From an uncultured Pseudomonadota bacterium (lineage in GTDB: Bacteria; Myxococcota_A; Polyangia; Fen-1088), in NCBI GenBank assembly GCA_963725905.1, contig CAVSAG010000002.1, positions 1,140,514-1,204,513 on the forward strand: a stretch of 64,000 nucleotides of DNA, in the 5' to 3' direction. Of this stretch, positions 63,012-64,000 are shown piece after piece; the stretch's first letter is position 1; each line of letters starts with the position of its first letter. The notes under the pieces were generated by a model. The model ran no database searches. It had not been told where the DNA came from and worked only from the letters and a program-made list of their open reading frames with translations. Position numbers and translations under genes: made by a program.

Positions 63012-63813
63012 CGGGCCACAGCTGGCGTCGATCCAGGCGGCGTTGCTGGCGCGGATCACGGGGCAGAGCCTCGGAGTGCCGGCCCATGACCTGGCGGCGC
63101 TGGTCCGGGGCGACGCGCGCGGCGGCGCCGAGCGCCGACTGGAGCTGTACGCGTCGATGTATCGCGCGCGCCTCGTCGAGGCGCTGGAGTCGCAGTTTCC
63201 CCGGCTGGCGCGGCGTCTCGGCAGCGAGGCGTTCGCCGCTCTCTGCGGTGATTACGCGGGCGACGTGCCGTCGCGCCACCCGTCGCTGCGCGAGCTCGGG
63301 CGCGCGCTTCCGGCGTGGCTGGCGGCAAAGCGGCCCGAGCGGCCGGAGCGCCCGGTCTTGGCCGCGCTCGCCGCGCTCGAGTGGGCGCGCCTCGATCTCC
63401 ACGACCAGGCCGACGAACCGGTGATGACCCTGGAGGCGCTGGCGGCGGTTTCGCCGGAAGACTTCGCCGCGCTGCCGCTGCGGCTGATCGCGGCGCATCG
63501 TTTCGTCGAGGTCGACGGTGGGACCGAGGCGCTGTGGGACACGCTCGGCCCGGAGACCGAGGAGCCCCCGCGAGACCCTGACGCCTTGGCCGGCACCGCG
63601 GCGACGCTGCTGATCTGGCGCCAGGGGATCGCCGTCTATCACCGCGCCCTGGAGTCGTCCGAGCGCGCCGCGCTCGAACGCGCGGCCCGGGGCGTCCCCT
63701 TCGGCCTCGTCTGCGACAGCCTTTCGGCGGCCGGCGACGCAGAGACAGCCGCGGCGCGGGCGTTCGCCTGGCTGTCGACCTGGCTCGCCGACGGCCTCCT
63801 CGCCGTCACCTGA
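63001..63813 (+). CDS. DUF2063-family partner protein (MbnC/BufC-like)
   Basis: It overlaps the DUF692 gene by 11 nt. ..RLELYASMYRARLVEALESQFPRLARRLGSEAFAALCGDYAGDVPSRHPSLRELGRALPAWL.. matches the DUF2063 N-terminal pattern. Confidence 0.8.
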   Translation: MRPSGPQLASIQAALLARITGQSLGVPAHDLAALVRGDARGGAERRLELYASMYRARLVEALESQFPRLARRLGSEAFAALCGDYAGDVPSRHPSLRELGRALPAWLAAKRPERPERPVLAALAALEWARLDLHDQADEPVMTLEALAAVSPEDFAALPLRLIAAHRFVEVDGGTEALWDTLGPETEEPPRDPDALAGTAATLLIWRQGIAVYHRALESSERAALERAARGVPFGLVCDSLSAAGDAETAAARAFAWLSTWLADGLLAVT

Positions 63814-63923
63814 GCGCTCCGGGCGCCGTGCTCTGGCCGCCGGATGCCGTACAATCGGTCATCACGGCGTTCGTCGGCCACATCCGCTTTGGGGGGCAGA
63901 GCCGTCGCCGCGCGGTCGCGCGG

Positions 63924-64000
63924 ATGCTCGCGGCGCTCGCCGGCGTCTGCCTGCTGGCGCTGGCGGGGCCGGCGCGCGCGGCTGACGATCCCTTCACGCC
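63924..64000 (+). CDS. Start of a secreted protein (truncated by the window end)
   Basis: ATG at 63924, then MLAALAGVCLLALAGPARA/ADDPFT.. (signal-peptide-like). Only 25 codons are visible. Confidence 0.3.
   Translation, partial: MLAALAGVCLLALAGPARAADDPFT

Overview
This is a high-GC chromosomal segment (around 70% G+C by eye) that looks myxobacterial. The clues are one MYXO-CTERM-type sorting tail, two good sigma-54 promoter matches, and about 16 lipobox proteins, many with Gly/Ser/Thr/Ala tethers after the lipid-anchor Cys. I support about 60 protein-coding genes. I found no rRNA, tRNA, CRISPR array, transposase or integrase.

Content by region:
- 0-6.5 kb: plant-cell-wall enzymes (two GH28 paralogs, a GH45-like protein, a CAP-domain protein).
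- 37-47.6 kb: a second CAZyme cluster (beta-sandwich lipoprotein, GH30, GH44, GH3, two GH43).
- 13.6 kb: an LPMO-like histidine-brace candidate.
- Housekeeping genes: tag, def, ligA, rnhB, an assimilatory nitrate reductase pair, an AKR, an SDR, a DLH-family hydrolase and a DsbA-like protein.
- c-di-GMP genes: a PilZ protein and an FHA-GGDEF cyclase.
- A bshC-bshA bacillithiol pair, divergent from a secreted PIG-L deacetylase / symporter / GH-like operon.

Candidates for poorly described biology, most interesting first:
1. A three-gene MNIO (DUF692) + DUF2063 + 6-Cys signal-peptide precursor RiPP cluster at 61.86-63.81 kb. It is bufferin/methanobactin-like.
2. A low-GC pair of tandem paralogous 3-TM genes tightly following a DUF4143 ATPase, at 34.8-37.0 kb.
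3. An apparently circularly permuted GH45-like enzyme.
4. An LPMO-like gene translationally coupled to an MgtC-family gene.
5. A micro-locus of small secreted proteins driven by two convergent sigma-54 promoters, at 6.6-7.6 kb.
6. A cluster of single-nucleotide frame disruptions at 49.9-50.8 kb.

All domain calls come from motif recognition by eye. No database search was run.
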